Shown here one piece after another: positions 38,901-53,900 of a stretch of DNA of 64,000 bases. The DNA lies in the NCBI GenBank assembly GCA_964016885.1, contig OZ024745.1, forward strand, positions 12,214,001-12,278,000. Direction: 5' to 3'. Origin of the DNA: Eledone cirrhosa (lineage: Eukaryota). The notes beneath the pieces were generated by a model. That model ran no database searches, was not told where the DNA came from, and worked only from the letters and a program-made list of their open reading frames with translations. Made by a program: the position numbers and the translations under genes. Every line of letters starts with the position of its first letter. Positions within the stretch are counted from its first letter, which is position 1.

Positions 38901-41900
38901 CCAATATTGAAGTATGTCATCTCTCTAGTAGACTGTAACTAACCAATATTGAAGTGTGTCATCTCTCTAGTAGACTGTAACTCACCAATATTGAAGTATG
39001 TCATCTCTCTAGTGGACTGTAACTCACCAATATTGAAGTATGTCATCTCTCTAGTAGACTGTAACTCACCAATATTGAAGGATGTCATCTCTCTAACAGA
39101 CTGTAACTCACCAATATTGAAGTATGTCATCTCTCTAGTAGACTGTAACTCACCAATATTGAAGTATGTCATCTCTCTAATAGACTGTAACTCACCAATA
39201 TTGAAGTATGTCATCTCTCTGGTAGACTGTAACTCTCCAATATTGAAGTATGTCATCTCTCTAGTGGACTGTAACTCACCAATACCGAAGTATGTCATCT
39301 CTCTAACAGACTGTAACTCACCAATATTGAAGTATGTCATCTCACTAGTAGAATGTAACTCACCAATATTGAAGTATGTCATCTCTCTAGTGGACTGTAA
39401 CTCACCAATATTGAAGTATGTCATCTCTCTAGTGGACTGTAACTCACCAATATTGAAGTATGTCATCTCTCTAGTAGACTGTAACTCACCAATATTGAAG
39501 GATGTCATCTCTCTAACAGACTGTAACTCACCAATATTGAAGTATGTCATCTCTCTAGTAGACTGTAACTCACCAATATTGAAGTATGTCATCTCTCTAA
39601 TAGACTGTAACTCACCAATATTGAAGTATGTCATCTCTCTGGTAGACTGTAACTCTCCAATATTGAAGTATGTCATCTCTCTAGTGGACTGTAACTCACC
39701 AATACCGAAGTATGTCATCTCTCTAACAGACTGTAACTCACCAATATTGAAGTATGTCATCTCTCTAGTGGAGTGTAACTCACCAATATTGAAGTATGTC
39801 ATCTCTCTAACAGTCTGTAACTCACCAATACTGAAGTATGTCATCTCGCTAGTAGACTGTAACTCACCAATATTGAAGTATGTCATCTCTCTAGTAGACT
39901 GTAACTCACCAATATTGAAGTATGTCATCTCTCTAGTAGACTGTAACTCACCAATATTGAAGTATGTCATCTCTCTAGTGGACTGTAACTCACCAATATT
40001 GAAGTATGTCATCTCTCTAACAGACTGTAACTCACCAATATTGAAGTATGTCATCTCTCTAGTAGACTGTAACTCATCAATATTGAAGAATGTCATTTCT
40101 CTAGTGGACTGTAACTCACCAATATTGAAGTATGTCATCTCTCTAGTAGACTGTAACTCAACAATATTGAAGTTTGTCATCTCACTAGTAGACTGTAACT
40201 CACCAATATTGAAGTATGTCATATCTCTAGTGGACTGTAACTCACCAATATTGAAGTTTGTCATCTCACTAGTAGACTGTAACTCACCAATATTGAAGTA
40301 TGTCATCTCTCTAGTAGACTGTAACTCACCAATATTGAAGTATGTCATCTCTCTAGTAGACTGTAACTCACCAATATTGAAGTATGTCATCTCACTAGTA
40401 GACAGTAACTCACCAATATTGAAGTATGTCATCTCTCTAGTAGACTGTAACTCACCAATATTGAAGTATGTCATCTCTCTAACAGACTGTAACTCACCAA
40501 TATTGAAGTATGTCATCTCTCTAACAGACTGTAACTCACCAATATTGAAGTATGTCATCTCTCTAACAGACTGTATCTCACCAATATTGAAGTATGTCAT
40601 CTCTCTAGTAGACTGTAACTCACCAATATTGAAGTATGTCATCTCTCTAGTAGACTGTAACTAACCAATATTGAAGTGTGTCATCTCTCTAGTAGACTGT
40701 AACTCACCAATATTGAAGTATGTCATCTCTCTAGTGGACTGTAACTCACCAATATTGAAGTATGTCATCTCTCTAGTAGACTGTGACTCACCAATATTGA
40801 AGTATGTCATCTCTCTAGTAGACTGTAACTCACCAATATTGAAGTATGTCATCTCTCTAGTAGACTGTAACTCACCAATATTGAAGTATGTCATCTCTCT
40901 AGTAGATTGTAACTCACCAATATTGAAGTAAGTCATCTCTCTAGTGGATTGTAACTAACCAATATTGAAGGATGGCATCTCTCTAGTGGACTGTAACTCA
41001 CCGATATTGAAGTGTCATCTCTCTAGTAGACTGTAACTCACCAATATTGAAGTATGTCATCTCTCTAGTAGACTGTAACTCACCAATATTGAAGTATGTC
41101 ATCTCTCTAGTAGACTGTAACTCACCAATATAGAAGTATGTCATCTCTCTAGTAGACTGTAACTCACCAATATTGAAGTATGTCATCTCTCTAGTAGACT
41201 GTAACTCACCAATACTGAAGTATGTCATCTCTCTAGTAGACTGTAACTCACCAATATTGAAGTATGTCATCTCTCTAGTAGACTGTAACTCACCAATATT
41301 GAAGTGTGTCATCTCTCTAGTAGACTGTAACTCACCAATATTGAAGTATGTCATCTCTCTAGTGGACTGTAACTCACCAATATTGAAGTATGTCATCTTT
41401 CTAGTAGACTGTAACTCACCAATATTGAAGTATGTCATCTCTCTAGTAGACTGTAACTCACCAATATTGAAGTATGTCATCTCTCTAGTAGACGGTAACT
41501 CACCAATAGTGAAGTATGTCATCTCTCTAGTAGATTGTAACTCACCAATATTGAAGTATGTCATCTCTCTAGTGAATTGTAACTAACCAATAATGAAGGA
41601 TGGCATCTCTCTAGTGGACTGTAACTCACCAATATTGAAGTATGTCATCTCTCTAGTAGACTGTAACTCACCAATATTGAAGTATGTCATCTCTCTAGTA
41701 GAATGTAACTCACCAATATTGAAGTATGTCATCTCTCTAGTAGATTGTAACTCACCAATATTGAAGTATGTCATCTCTCTAGTAGACTGTAACTCACCAA
41801 TATTGAAGTATCTCATCTCTCTTGTAGACTGTAACTCACCAATATTGAAGTATGTCATCTCTCTAGTAGACTGTAACTCACCAATATTGAAGTATGTCAT

Positions 41901-44900
41901 CTCTCTAGTAGACTGTAACTCACCAATATTGAAGTATGTCATCTCTCTAGTAGACTGTAACTCACCAATATTGAAGTATGTCATCTCTCTAGCAGACTGT
42001 AACTCACCAATATTGAAGTATGTCATCTCTCTAGTAGACTGTAACTCACCAATATTGAAGTATGTCATCTCTCTAGTAGACTGTAACTCACCAATATTGA
42101 AGTATGTCATCTCTCTAGTAGACTGTAACTCACCAATATTGAAGTATGTCATCTCTCTAGTGGACTGTAACTCACCAATATTGAAGTATGTCATCTCTCT
42201 AACAGACTGTAACTCACCAATATTGAAGTATGTCATCTCTCTAGTAGACTGTAACTCATCAATATTGAAGAATGTCATTTCTCTAGTGGACTGTAACTCA
42301 CCAATATTGAAGTATGTCATCTCTCTAGTAGACTGTAACTCAACAATATTGAAGTTTGTCATCTCACTAGTAGACTGTAACTCACCAATATTGAAGTATG
42401 TCATATCTCTAGTGGACTGTAACTCACCAATATTGAAGTTTGTCATCTCACTAGTAGACTGTAACTCACCAATATTGAAGTATGTCATCTCTCTAGTAGA
42501 CTGTAACTCACCAATATTGAAGTATGTCATCTCTCTAGTAGACTGTAACTCACCAATATTGAAGTATGTCATCTCACTAGTAGACAGTAACTCACCAATA
42601 TTGAAGTATGTCATCTCTCTAGTAGACTGTAACTCACCAATATTGAAGTATGTCATCTCTCTAACAGACTGTAACTCACCAATATTGAAGTATGTCATCT
42701 CTCTAACAGACTGTAACTCACCAATATTGAAGTATGTCATCTCTCTAACAGACTGTATCTCACCAATATTGAAGTATGTCATCTCTCTAGTAGACTGTAA
42801 CTCACCAATATTGAAGTATGTCATCTCTCTAGTAGACTGTAACTAACCAATATTGAAGTGTGTCATCTCTCTAGTAGACTGTAACTCACCAATATTGAAG
42901 TATGTCATCTCTCTAGTGGACTGTAACTCACCAATATTGATGTATGTCATCTCTCTAGTAGACTGTGACTCACCAATATTGAAGTATGTCATCTCTCTAG
43001 TAGACTGTAACTCACCAATATTGAAGTATGTCATCTCTCTAGTAGACTGTAACTCACCAATATTGAAGTATGTCATCTCTCTAGTAGATTGTAACTCACC
43101 AATATTGCAGTAAGTCATCTCTCTAGTGGATTGTAACTAACCAATATTGAAGGATGGCATCTCTCTAGTGGACTGTAACTCACCGATATTGAAGTGTCAT
43201 CTCTCTAGTAGACTGTAACTCACCAATATTGAAGTATGTCATCTCTCTAGTAGACTGTAACTCACCAATATTGAAGTATGTCATCTCTCTAGTAGACTGT
43301 AACTCACCAATATAGAAGTATGTCATCTCTCTAGTAGACTGTAACTCACCAATATTGAAGTATGTCATCTCTCTAGTAGACTGTAACTCACCAATACTGA
43401 AGTATGTCATCTCTCTAGTAGACTGTAACTCACCAATATTGAAGTATGTCATCTCTCTAGTAGACTGTAACTCACCAATATTGAAGTGTGTCATCTCTCT
43501 AGTAGACTGTAACTCACCAATATTGAAGTATGTCATCTCTCTAGTGGACTGTAACTCACCAATATTGAAGTATGTCATCTTTCTAGTTGACTGTAACTCA
43601 CCAATATTGAAGTATGTCATCTCTCTAGTAGACTGTAACTCACCAATATTGAAGTATGTCATCTCTCTAGTAGACGGTAACTCACCAATAGTGAAGTATG
43701 TCATCTCTCTAGTAGATTGTAACTCACCAATATTGAAGTATGTCATCTCTCTAGTGAATTGTAACTAACCAATAATGAAGGATGGCATCTCTCTAGTGGA
43801 CTGTAACTCACCAATATTGAAGTATGTCATCTCTCTAGTAGACTGTAACTCACCAATATTGAAGTATGTCATCTCTCTAGTAGAATGTAACTCACCAATA
43901 TTGAAGTATGTCATCTCTCTAGTAGATTGTAACTCACCAATATTGAAGTATGTCATCTCTCTAGTAGACTGTAACTCACCAATATTGAAGTATCTCATCT
44001 CTCTAGTAGACTGTAACTCACCAATATTGAAGTATGTCATCTCTCTAGTAGACTGTAACTCACCAATATTGAAGTATGTCATCTCTCTAGTAGACTGTAA
44101 CTCACCAATATTGAAGTATGTCATCTCTCTAGTAGACTGTAACTCACCAATATTGAAGTATGTCATCTCTCTAGCAGACTGTAACTCACCAATATTGAAG
44201 TATGTCATCTCTCTAGTAGACTGTAACTCACCAATATTGAAGTATGTCATCTCACTAGTAGAATGTAACTCACCAATATTGAAGTATGTCATCTCTCTAG
44301 TGGACTGTAACTCACCAATATTGAAGTATGTCATCTCTCTAGTGGACTGTAACTCACCAATATTGAAGTATGTCATCTCTCTAGTAGACTGTAACTCACC
44401 AATATTGAAGGATGTCATCTCTCTAACAGACTGTAACTCACCAATATTGAAGTATGTCATCTCTCTAGTAGACTGTAACTCACCAATATTGAAGTATGTC
44501 ATCTCTCTAATAGACTGTAACTCACCAATATTGAAGTATGTCATCTCTCTGGTAGACTGTACCTCTCCAATATTGAAGTATGTCATCTCTCTAGTGGACT
44601 GTAACTCACCAATATCGAAGTATGTCATCTCTCTAACAGACTGTAACTCACCAATATTGAAGTATGTCATCTCTCTAGTGGAGTGTAACTCACCAATATT
44701 GAAGTATGTCATCTCTCTAACAGTCTGTAACTCACCAATACTGAAGTATGTCATCTCGCTAGTAGACTGTAACTCACCAATATTGAAGTATGTCATCTCT
44801 CTAGTAGACTGTAACTCACCAATATTGAAGTATGTCATCTCTCTAGTAGACTGTAACTCACCAATATTGAAGTATGTCATCTCTCTAGTGGACTGTAACT

Positions 44901-47900
44901 CACCAATATTGAAGTATGTCATCTCTCTAACAGACTGTAACTCACCAATACTGAAGTATGTCATCTCTCTAGTAGACTGTACCTCACCAATATTGAAGTA
45001 TGTCATCTCTCTAGTAAACTGTAACTCACCAATATTGAAGTATGTCATCACTCTAGTAGACTGTAACTCACCAATATTGAAGTATGTCATCTCTCTAGTA
45101 GACTGTAACTCATCAATATTGAAGAATGTCATCTCTCTAGTGGACTGTAACTCACCAATATTGAAGTATGTCATCTCTCTAGTAGACTGTAACTCACCAA
45201 TATTGAAGTTTGTCATCTCACTAGTAGACTGTAACTCACCAATATTGAAGTATGTCATCTCTCTAGTGGACTGTAACTCACCAATATTGAAGTTTGTCAT
45301 CTCACTAGTAGACTGTAACTCACCAATATTGAAGTATGTCATCTCTCTAGTAGACTGTAACTCACCAATATTGAAGTATGTCATCTCTCTAGTAGACTGT
45401 AACTCACCAATATTGAAGTATGTCATCTCACTAGTAGACAGTAACTCACCAATATTGAAGTATGTCATCTCTCTAACAGACTGTAACTCACCAATATTGA
45501 AGTATGTCATCTCTCTAGTAGACTGTAACTCACCAATATTGAAGTATGTCATCTCTCTAACAGACTGTATCTCACCAATATTGAAGTATGTCATCTCTCT
45601 AGTAGACTGTAACTCACCAATATTGAAGTATGTCATCTCTCTAGTAGACTGTAACTAACCAATATTGAAGTGTGTCATCTGTCTAGTAGACTGTAACTCA
45701 CCAATATTGAAGTATGTCATCTCTCTAGTGGACTGTAACTCACCAATATTGAAGTATGTCATCTCTCTAGTAGACTGTGACTCACCAATATTGAAGTATG
45801 TCATCTCTCTAGTAGACTGTAACTCACCAATATTGAAGTATGTCATCTCTCTAGTAGACTGTAACTCACCAATATTGAAGTATGTCATCTCTCTAGTAGA
45901 TTGTAACTCACCAATATTGAAGTAAGTCATCTCTCTAGTGGATTGTAACTAACCAATATTGAAGGATGGCATCTCTCTAGTGGACTGTAACTCACCAATA
46001 TTGAAGTGTCATCTCTCTAGTAGACTGTAACTCACCAATATTGAAGTATGTCATCTCTCTAGTAGACTGTAACTCACCAATATTGAAGTATGTCATCTCT
46101 CTAGTAGACTGTAACTCACCAATATAGAAGTATGTCATCTCTCTAGTAGACTGTAACTCACCAATATTGAAGTATGTCATCTCTCTAGTAGACTGTAACT
46201 CACCAATACTGAAGTATGTCATCTCTCTAGTAGACTGTAACTCACCAATATTGAAGTATGTCATCTCTCTAGTAGACTGTAACTCACCAATATTGAAGTG
46301 TGTCATCTCTCTAGTAGACTGTAACTCACCAATATTGAAGTATGTCATCTCTCTAGTGGACTGTAACTCACCAATATTGAAGTATGTCATCTTTCTAGTA
46401 GACTGTAACTCACGAATATTGAAGTATGTCATCTCTCTAATAGACTGTAACTCACCAATATTGAAGTATGTCATCTCTCTGGTAGACTGTAACTCACCAA
46501 TATTGAAGTATGTCATCTCTCTAGTAGACTGTAACTCACCAATATTGAAGTATGTCATCTCTCTAATAGACTGTAACTCACCAATATTGAAGTATCTCAT
46601 CTCTCTAGTAGACTGTAACTCACCAATATTGAAGTATGTCATCTCTCTAGTAGACTGTAACTCACCAATATTGAAGTATGTCATCTCTCTAGTAGACTGT
46701 AACTCACCAATATTGAAGTATGTCATCTCTCTAACAGACTGTAACGCACCAATACTGAAGTATGTCATCTCTCTAGTAGACTGTAACTCACCAATATTGA
46801 AGTATGTCATCTCTCTAGTAGACTGTAACTCACCAATATTGAAGTGTGTCATCTCTCTAGTAGACTGTAACTCACCAATATTGAAGTATGTCATCTCTCT
46901 AGTGGACTGTAACTCACCAATATTGAAGAATGTCATCTCTCTAGTAGACTGTAACTCACCAATATTGAAGTAGGGCATCTCTCTAGTAGACTGTAACTCA
47001 CCAATATTGAAGTATGTCATCTCACTAGTGGACTGTAACTCACCAATATTGAAGTATGTCATCTCTCTAGTAGACTGTAACTCACCAATATTGAAGTATG
47101 TCATCTCACTAGTGGACTGTAACTCACCAATATTGAAGTATGTCATCTCTCTAGTAGACTGTAACTCACCAATATTGAAGTATGTCATCTTTCTAGTAGA
47201 TTGTACTTCACCAATACTGAAGTATGTCATCTCTCTAGTAGACTGTAACTCACCAATATTGAAGTATGTCATCTCTCTAATAGACTGTAACTCACCAATA
47301 TTGAAGTATGTCATCTCACTAGTAGACTGTAACTCACCAATATTGAAGTATGTCATCTCTCTAGTAGACTGTAACTCACCAATATTGAAGTATGTCATCT
47401 CTCTAATAGACTGTAACTCACCAATATTGAAGTATGTCATCTCTCTAGTAGACTGTAACTCATCAATATTGAAGTATGTCATCTCTCTAGTAGACTGTAA
47501 CTCACCAATATTGAAGTATGTCATCACTCTAGTAGACTGTAACTCACCAATATTGAAGTATGTCATCTCTCTAGTAGACTGTAACTCATCAATATTGAAG
47601 AATGTCATTTCTCTAGTGGACTGTAACTCACCAATATTGAAGTATGTCATCTCTCTAGTAGACTGTAACTCACCAATATTGAAGTTTGTCATATCTCTAG
47701 TGGACTGTAACTCACCAATATTGAAGTTTGTCATCTCACTAGTAGACTGTAACTCACCAATATTGAAGTATGTCATATCTCTAGTGGACTGTAACTCACC
47801 AATATTGAAGTTTGTCATCTCACTAGTAGACTGTAACTCACCAATATTGAAGTATGTCATCTCTCTAGTAGACTGTAACTCACCAATATTGAAGTATGTC

Positions 47901-50900
47901 ATCTCTCTAGTAGACTGTAACTCACCAATATTGAAGTATGTCATCTCACTAGTAGACAGTAACTCACCAATATTGAAGTATGTCATCTCTCTAGTAGACT
48001 GTAACTCACCAATATTGAAGTATGTCATCTCTCTAACAGACTGTAACTCACCAATATTGAAGTATGTCATCTCTCTAACAGACTGTAACTCACCAATATT
48101 GAAGTATGTCATCTCTCTAACAGACTGTATCTCACCAATATTGAAGTATGTCATCTCTCTAGTAGACTGTAACTCATCAATATTGAAGTATGTCATCTCT
48201 CTAGTAGACTGTAACTAACCAATATTGAAGTGTGTCATCTCTCTAGTAGACTGTAACTCACCAATATTGAAGTATGTCATCTCTCTAGTGGACTGTAACT
48301 CACCAATATTGAAGTATGTCATCTCTCTAGTAGACTGTGACTCACCAATATTGAAGTATGTCATCTCTCTAGTAGACTGTAACTCACCAATATTGAAGTA
48401 TGTCATCTCTCTAGTAGACTGTAACTCACCAATATTGAAGTATGTCATCTCTCTAGTAGATTGTAACTCACCAATATTGAAGTAAGTCATCTCTCTAGTG
48501 GATTGTAACTAACCAATATTGAAGGATGGCATCTCTCTAGTGGACTGTAACTCACCGATATTGAAGTGTCATCTCTCTAGTAGACTGTAACTCACCAATA
48601 TTGAAGTATGTCATCTCTCTAGTAGACTGTAACTCACCAATATTGAAGTATGTCATCTCTCTAGTAGACTGTAACTCACCAATATAGAAGTATGTCATCT
48701 CTCTAGTAGACTGTAACTCACCAATATTGAAGTATGTCATCTCTCTAGTAGACTGTAACTCACCAATACTGAAGTATGTCATCTCTCTAGTAGACTGTAA
48801 CTCAACAATATTGAAGTATGTCATCTCTCTAGTAGACTGTAACTCACCAATATTGAAGTGTGTCATCTCTCTAGTAGACTGTAACTCACCAATATTGAAG
48901 TATGTCATCTCTCTAGTGGACTGTAACTCACCAATATTGAAGTATGTCATCTTTCTAGTAGACTGTAACTCACCAATATTGAAGTATGTCATCTCTCTAG
49001 TAGACTGTAACTCACCAATATTGAAGTATGTCATCTCTCTAGTAGACGGTAACTCACCAATAGTGAAGTATGTCATCTCTCTAGTAGATTGTAACTCACC
49101 AATATTGAAGTATGTCATCTCTCTAGTGAATTGTAACTAACCAATAATGAAGGATGGTATCTCTCTAGTGGACTGTAACTCACCAATATTGAAGTATGTC
49201 ATCTCTCTAGTAGACTGTAACTCACCAATATTGAAGTATGTCATCTCTCTAGTAGAATGTAACTCACCAATATTGAAGTATGTCATCTCTCTAGTAGATT
49301 GTAACTCACCAATATTGAAGTATGTCATCTCTCTAGTAGACTGTAACTCACCAATATTGAAGTATGTCATCTCTCTAGTAGACTGTAACTCACCAATATT
49401 GAAGTATGTCATCTCTCTAGTAGACTGTAACTCACCAATATTGAAGTATGTCATCTCTCTAGTAGAATGTAACTCACCAATATTGAAGTATGTCATCTCT
49501 CTAGTGGACTGTAACTCACCAATATTGAAGTATGTCATCTCTCTAGTGGACTGTAACTCACCAATATTGAAGTATGTCATCTCTCTAGTAGGCTGTAACT
49601 CACCAATATTGAAGGATGTCATCTCTCTAACAGACTGTAACTCACCAATATTGAAGTATGTCATCTCTCTAGTAGACTGTAACTCACCAATATTGAAGTA
49701 TGTCATCTCTCTAATAGACTGTAACTCACCAATATTGAAGTATGTCATCTCTCTGGTAGACTGTAACTCTCCAATATTGAAGTATGTCATCTCTCTAGTG
49801 GACTGTAACTCACCAATACCGAAGTATGTCATCTCTCTAACAGACTGTAACTCGACAATATTGAAGTATGTCATCTCTCTAGTGGAGTGTAACTCACCAA
49901 TATTGAAGTATGTCATCTCTCTAACAGTCTGTAACTCACCAATACTGAAGTATGTCATCTCGCTAGTAGACTGTAACTCACCAATATTGAAGTATGTCAT
50001 CTCTCTAGTAGACTGTAACTCACCAATATTGAAGTATGTCATCTCTCTAGTAGACTGTAACTCACCAATATTGAAGTATGTCATCTCTCTAGTGGACTGT
50101 AACTCACCAATATTGAAGTATGTCATCTCTCTAACAGACTGTAACTCACCAATACTGAAGTATGTCATCTCTCTAGTAGACTGTACCTCACCAATATTGA
50201 AGTATGTCATCTCTCTAGTAAACTGTAACTCACCAATATTGAAGTATGTCATCTCTCTAGTAGATTGTAACTCACCAATATTGAAGTATGTCATCTCTCT
50301 AGTGGATTGTAACTAACCAATATTGAAGGATGGCATCTCTCTAGTGGACTGTAACTCACCAATATTGAAGTATGTCATCTTTCTAGTAGACTGTAACTCA
50401 CCAATATTGAAGTATGTCATCTCTCTAGTGGACTGTAACTCAGCAATATTGAAGTATGTCATCTCTCTAGTGGATTGTAACTCACCAATATTGAAGTATG
50501 TCATCTCTCTAACAGACTGTAACTCACCAATATTGAAGTATGTCATCTCTCTAACAGACTGTAACTCACCAATATTGAAGTATGTCATCTCGCTAGTAGA
50601 CTGTAACTCACCAATATTGAAGTATGTCATCTCTCTAGTAGACTGTAACTCACCAATATTGAAGGATGTCATCTTTCTAGTAGACTGTAACTCACCAATA
50701 TTGAAGTATGTCATCTCACTAGTGGACTGTAACTCACCAATATTGAAGTATGTCATCTCTCTAGTGGACTGTAACTCACCAATATTGAAGTATGTCATCT
50801 CTCTAACAGACTGTAACTCACCAATACTGAAGTATGTCATCTCTCTAGTAGACTGTAACTCACCAATATTGAAGTATGTCATCTCTCTAGTAGACTGTAA

Positions 50901-53900
50901 CTCACCAATATTGAAGTATGTCATCTCACTAGTGGATTGTAACTCACCAATATTGAAGTATGTCATCTCTCTAGTAGACAGTAACTCACCAATAATGAAG
51001 TATGTCATCTCTCTAGTGGACTGTAACTCACCAATATTGAAGTATGTCATCTCTCTATAAAACTGTAACTCACCAATATTGAAGTATGTCATCTCTCTAG
51101 TAGACTGTAACTCACCAATATTGAAGTATGTCATCTCTCTAACAGACTGTAACTCACCAATATTGAAGTATGTCATCTCGCTAGTAGACTGTAACTCACC
51201 AATATTGAAGTATGTCATCTCTCTAGTAGACTGTAACTCACCAATATTGAAGGATGTCATCTTTCTAGTAGACTGTAACTCACCAATATTGAAGTATGTC
51301 ATCTCTCTAGTGGACTGTAACTCACCAATATTGAAGTATGCCATCCCTCTAGTGGACTGTAACTCACCAATATTGAAGTATGTCATCTCTCTAGTAGATT
51401 GTACCTCACCAATACTGAAGTATGTCATCTCTCTAGTAGACTGTAACTCACCAATATTGAAGTATGTCATCTCTCTAGTAGACTGTAACTCACCAATATT
51501 GAAGTATGTCATCTCTCTAGTGGACTGTAACTCACCAATATTGAAGTATGTCATCTCTCTATAAAACTGTAACTCACCAATATTGAAGTATGTCATCTCT
51601 CTAGTAGACTGTAACTCACCAATATTGAAGTATGTCATCTCACTAGTGGACTGTAACTCACCAATATTGAAGTATGTCATCTCTCTAGTAGACTGTAACT
51701 CACCAATATTGAAGTATGTCATCTCTCTAGTAGACTGTAACTCACCAATATTGAAGTATGTCATCTCACTAGTGGATTGTAACTCACCAATATTGAAGTA
51801 TGTCATCTCTCTAGTAGACTGTAACTCACCAATATTGAAGTATGTCATCTCTCTAGTAGACTTTAACTCACCAATATTGAAGTATGTCATCTCTCTAACA
51901 GACTGTAACTCACCAATACTGAAGTATGTCATCTCTCTAGTAGACTGTAACTCATCAATATTGAAGTATGTCATCTCTCTAGTAGACTGTAACTCATCAA
52001 TATTGAAGTATGTCATCTCTCTAGTAGACTGTAACTCACCAATATTGAAGTATGTCATCACTCTAGTAGACTGTAACTCACCAATATTGAAGTATGTCAT
52101 CTCTCTAGTAGACTGTAACTCATCAATATTGAAGAATGTCATTTCTCTAGTGGACTGTAACTCACCAATATTGAAGTATGTCATCTCTCTAGTAGACTGT
52201 AACTCACCAATATTGAAGTTTGTCATCTCACTAGTAGACTGTAACTCACCAATATTGAAGTATGTCATATCTCTAGTGGACTGTAACTCACCAATATTGA
52301 AGTTTGTCATCTCACTAGTAGACTGTAACTCACCAATATTGAAGTATGTCATCTCTCTAGTAGACTGTAACTCACCAATATTGAAGTATGTCATCTCTCT
52401 AGTAGACTGTAACTCACCAATATTGAAGTATGTCATCTCTCTAGTGGACTGTAACTCACCAATATTGAAGTATGTCATCTCTCTATAAAACTGTAACTCA
52501 CCAATATTGAAGTATGTCATCTCTCTAGTAGACTGTAACTCACCAATATTGAAGTATGTCATCTCACTAGTGGACTGTAACTCACCAATATTGAAGTATG
52601 TCATCTCTCTAGTAGACTGTAACTCACCAATATTGAAGTATGTCATCTCTCTAGTAGACTGTAACTCACCAATATTGAAGTATGTCATCTCACTAGTGGA
52701 TTGTAACTCACCAATATTGAAGTATGTCATCTCTCTAGTAGACTGTAACTCACCAATATTGAAGTATGTCATCTCTCTAGTAGACTTTAACTCACCAATA
52801 TTGAAGTATGTCATCTCTCTAACAGACTGTAACTCACCAATACTGAAGTATGTCATCTCTCTAGTAGACTGTAACTCATCAATATTGAAGTATGTCATCT
52901 CTCTAGTAGACTGTAACTCATCAATATTGAAGTATGTCATCTCTCTAGTAGACTGTAACTCACCAATATTGAAGTATGTCATCACTCTAGTAGACTGTAA
53001 CTCACCAATATTGAAGTATGTCATCTCTCTAGTAGACTGTAACTCATCAATATTGAAGAATGTCATTTCTCTAGTGGACTGTAACTCACCAATATTGAAG
53101 TATGTCATCTCTCTAGTAGACTGTAACTCACCAATATTGAAGTTTGTCATCTCACTAGTAGACTGTAACTCACCAATATTGAAGTATGTCATATCTCTAG
53201 TGGACTGTAACTCACCAATATTGAAGTTTGTCATCTCACTAGTAGACTGTAACTCACCAATATTGAAGTATGTCATCTCTCTAGTAGACTGTAACTCACC
53301 AATATTGAAGTATGTCATCTCTCTAGTAGACTGTAACTCACCAATATTGAAGTATGTCATCTCACTAGTAGACAGTAACTCACCAATATTGAAGTATGTC
53401 ATCTCTCTAGTAGACTGTAACTCACCAATATTGAAGTATGTCATCTCTCTAACAGACTGTAACTCACCAATATTGAAGTATGTCATCTCTCTAACAGACT
53501 GTAACTCACCAATATTGAAGTATGTCATCTCTCTAACAGACTGTATCTCACCAATATTGAAGTATGTCATCTCTCTAGTAGACTGTAACTCACCAATATT
53601 GAAGTATGTCATCTCTCTAGTAGACTGTAACTAACCAATATTGAAGTGTGTCATCTCTCTAGTAGACTGTAACTCACCAATATTGAAGTATGTCATCTCT
53701 CTAGTGGACTGTAACTCACCAATATTGAAGTATGTCATCTCTCTAGTAGACTGTGACTCACCAATATTGAAGTATGTCATCTCTCTAGTAGACTGTAACT
53801 CACCAATATTTAAGTATGTCATCTCTCTAGTAGACTGTAACTCACCAATATTGAAGTATGTCATCTCTCTAGTAGATTGTAACTCACCAATATTGAAGTA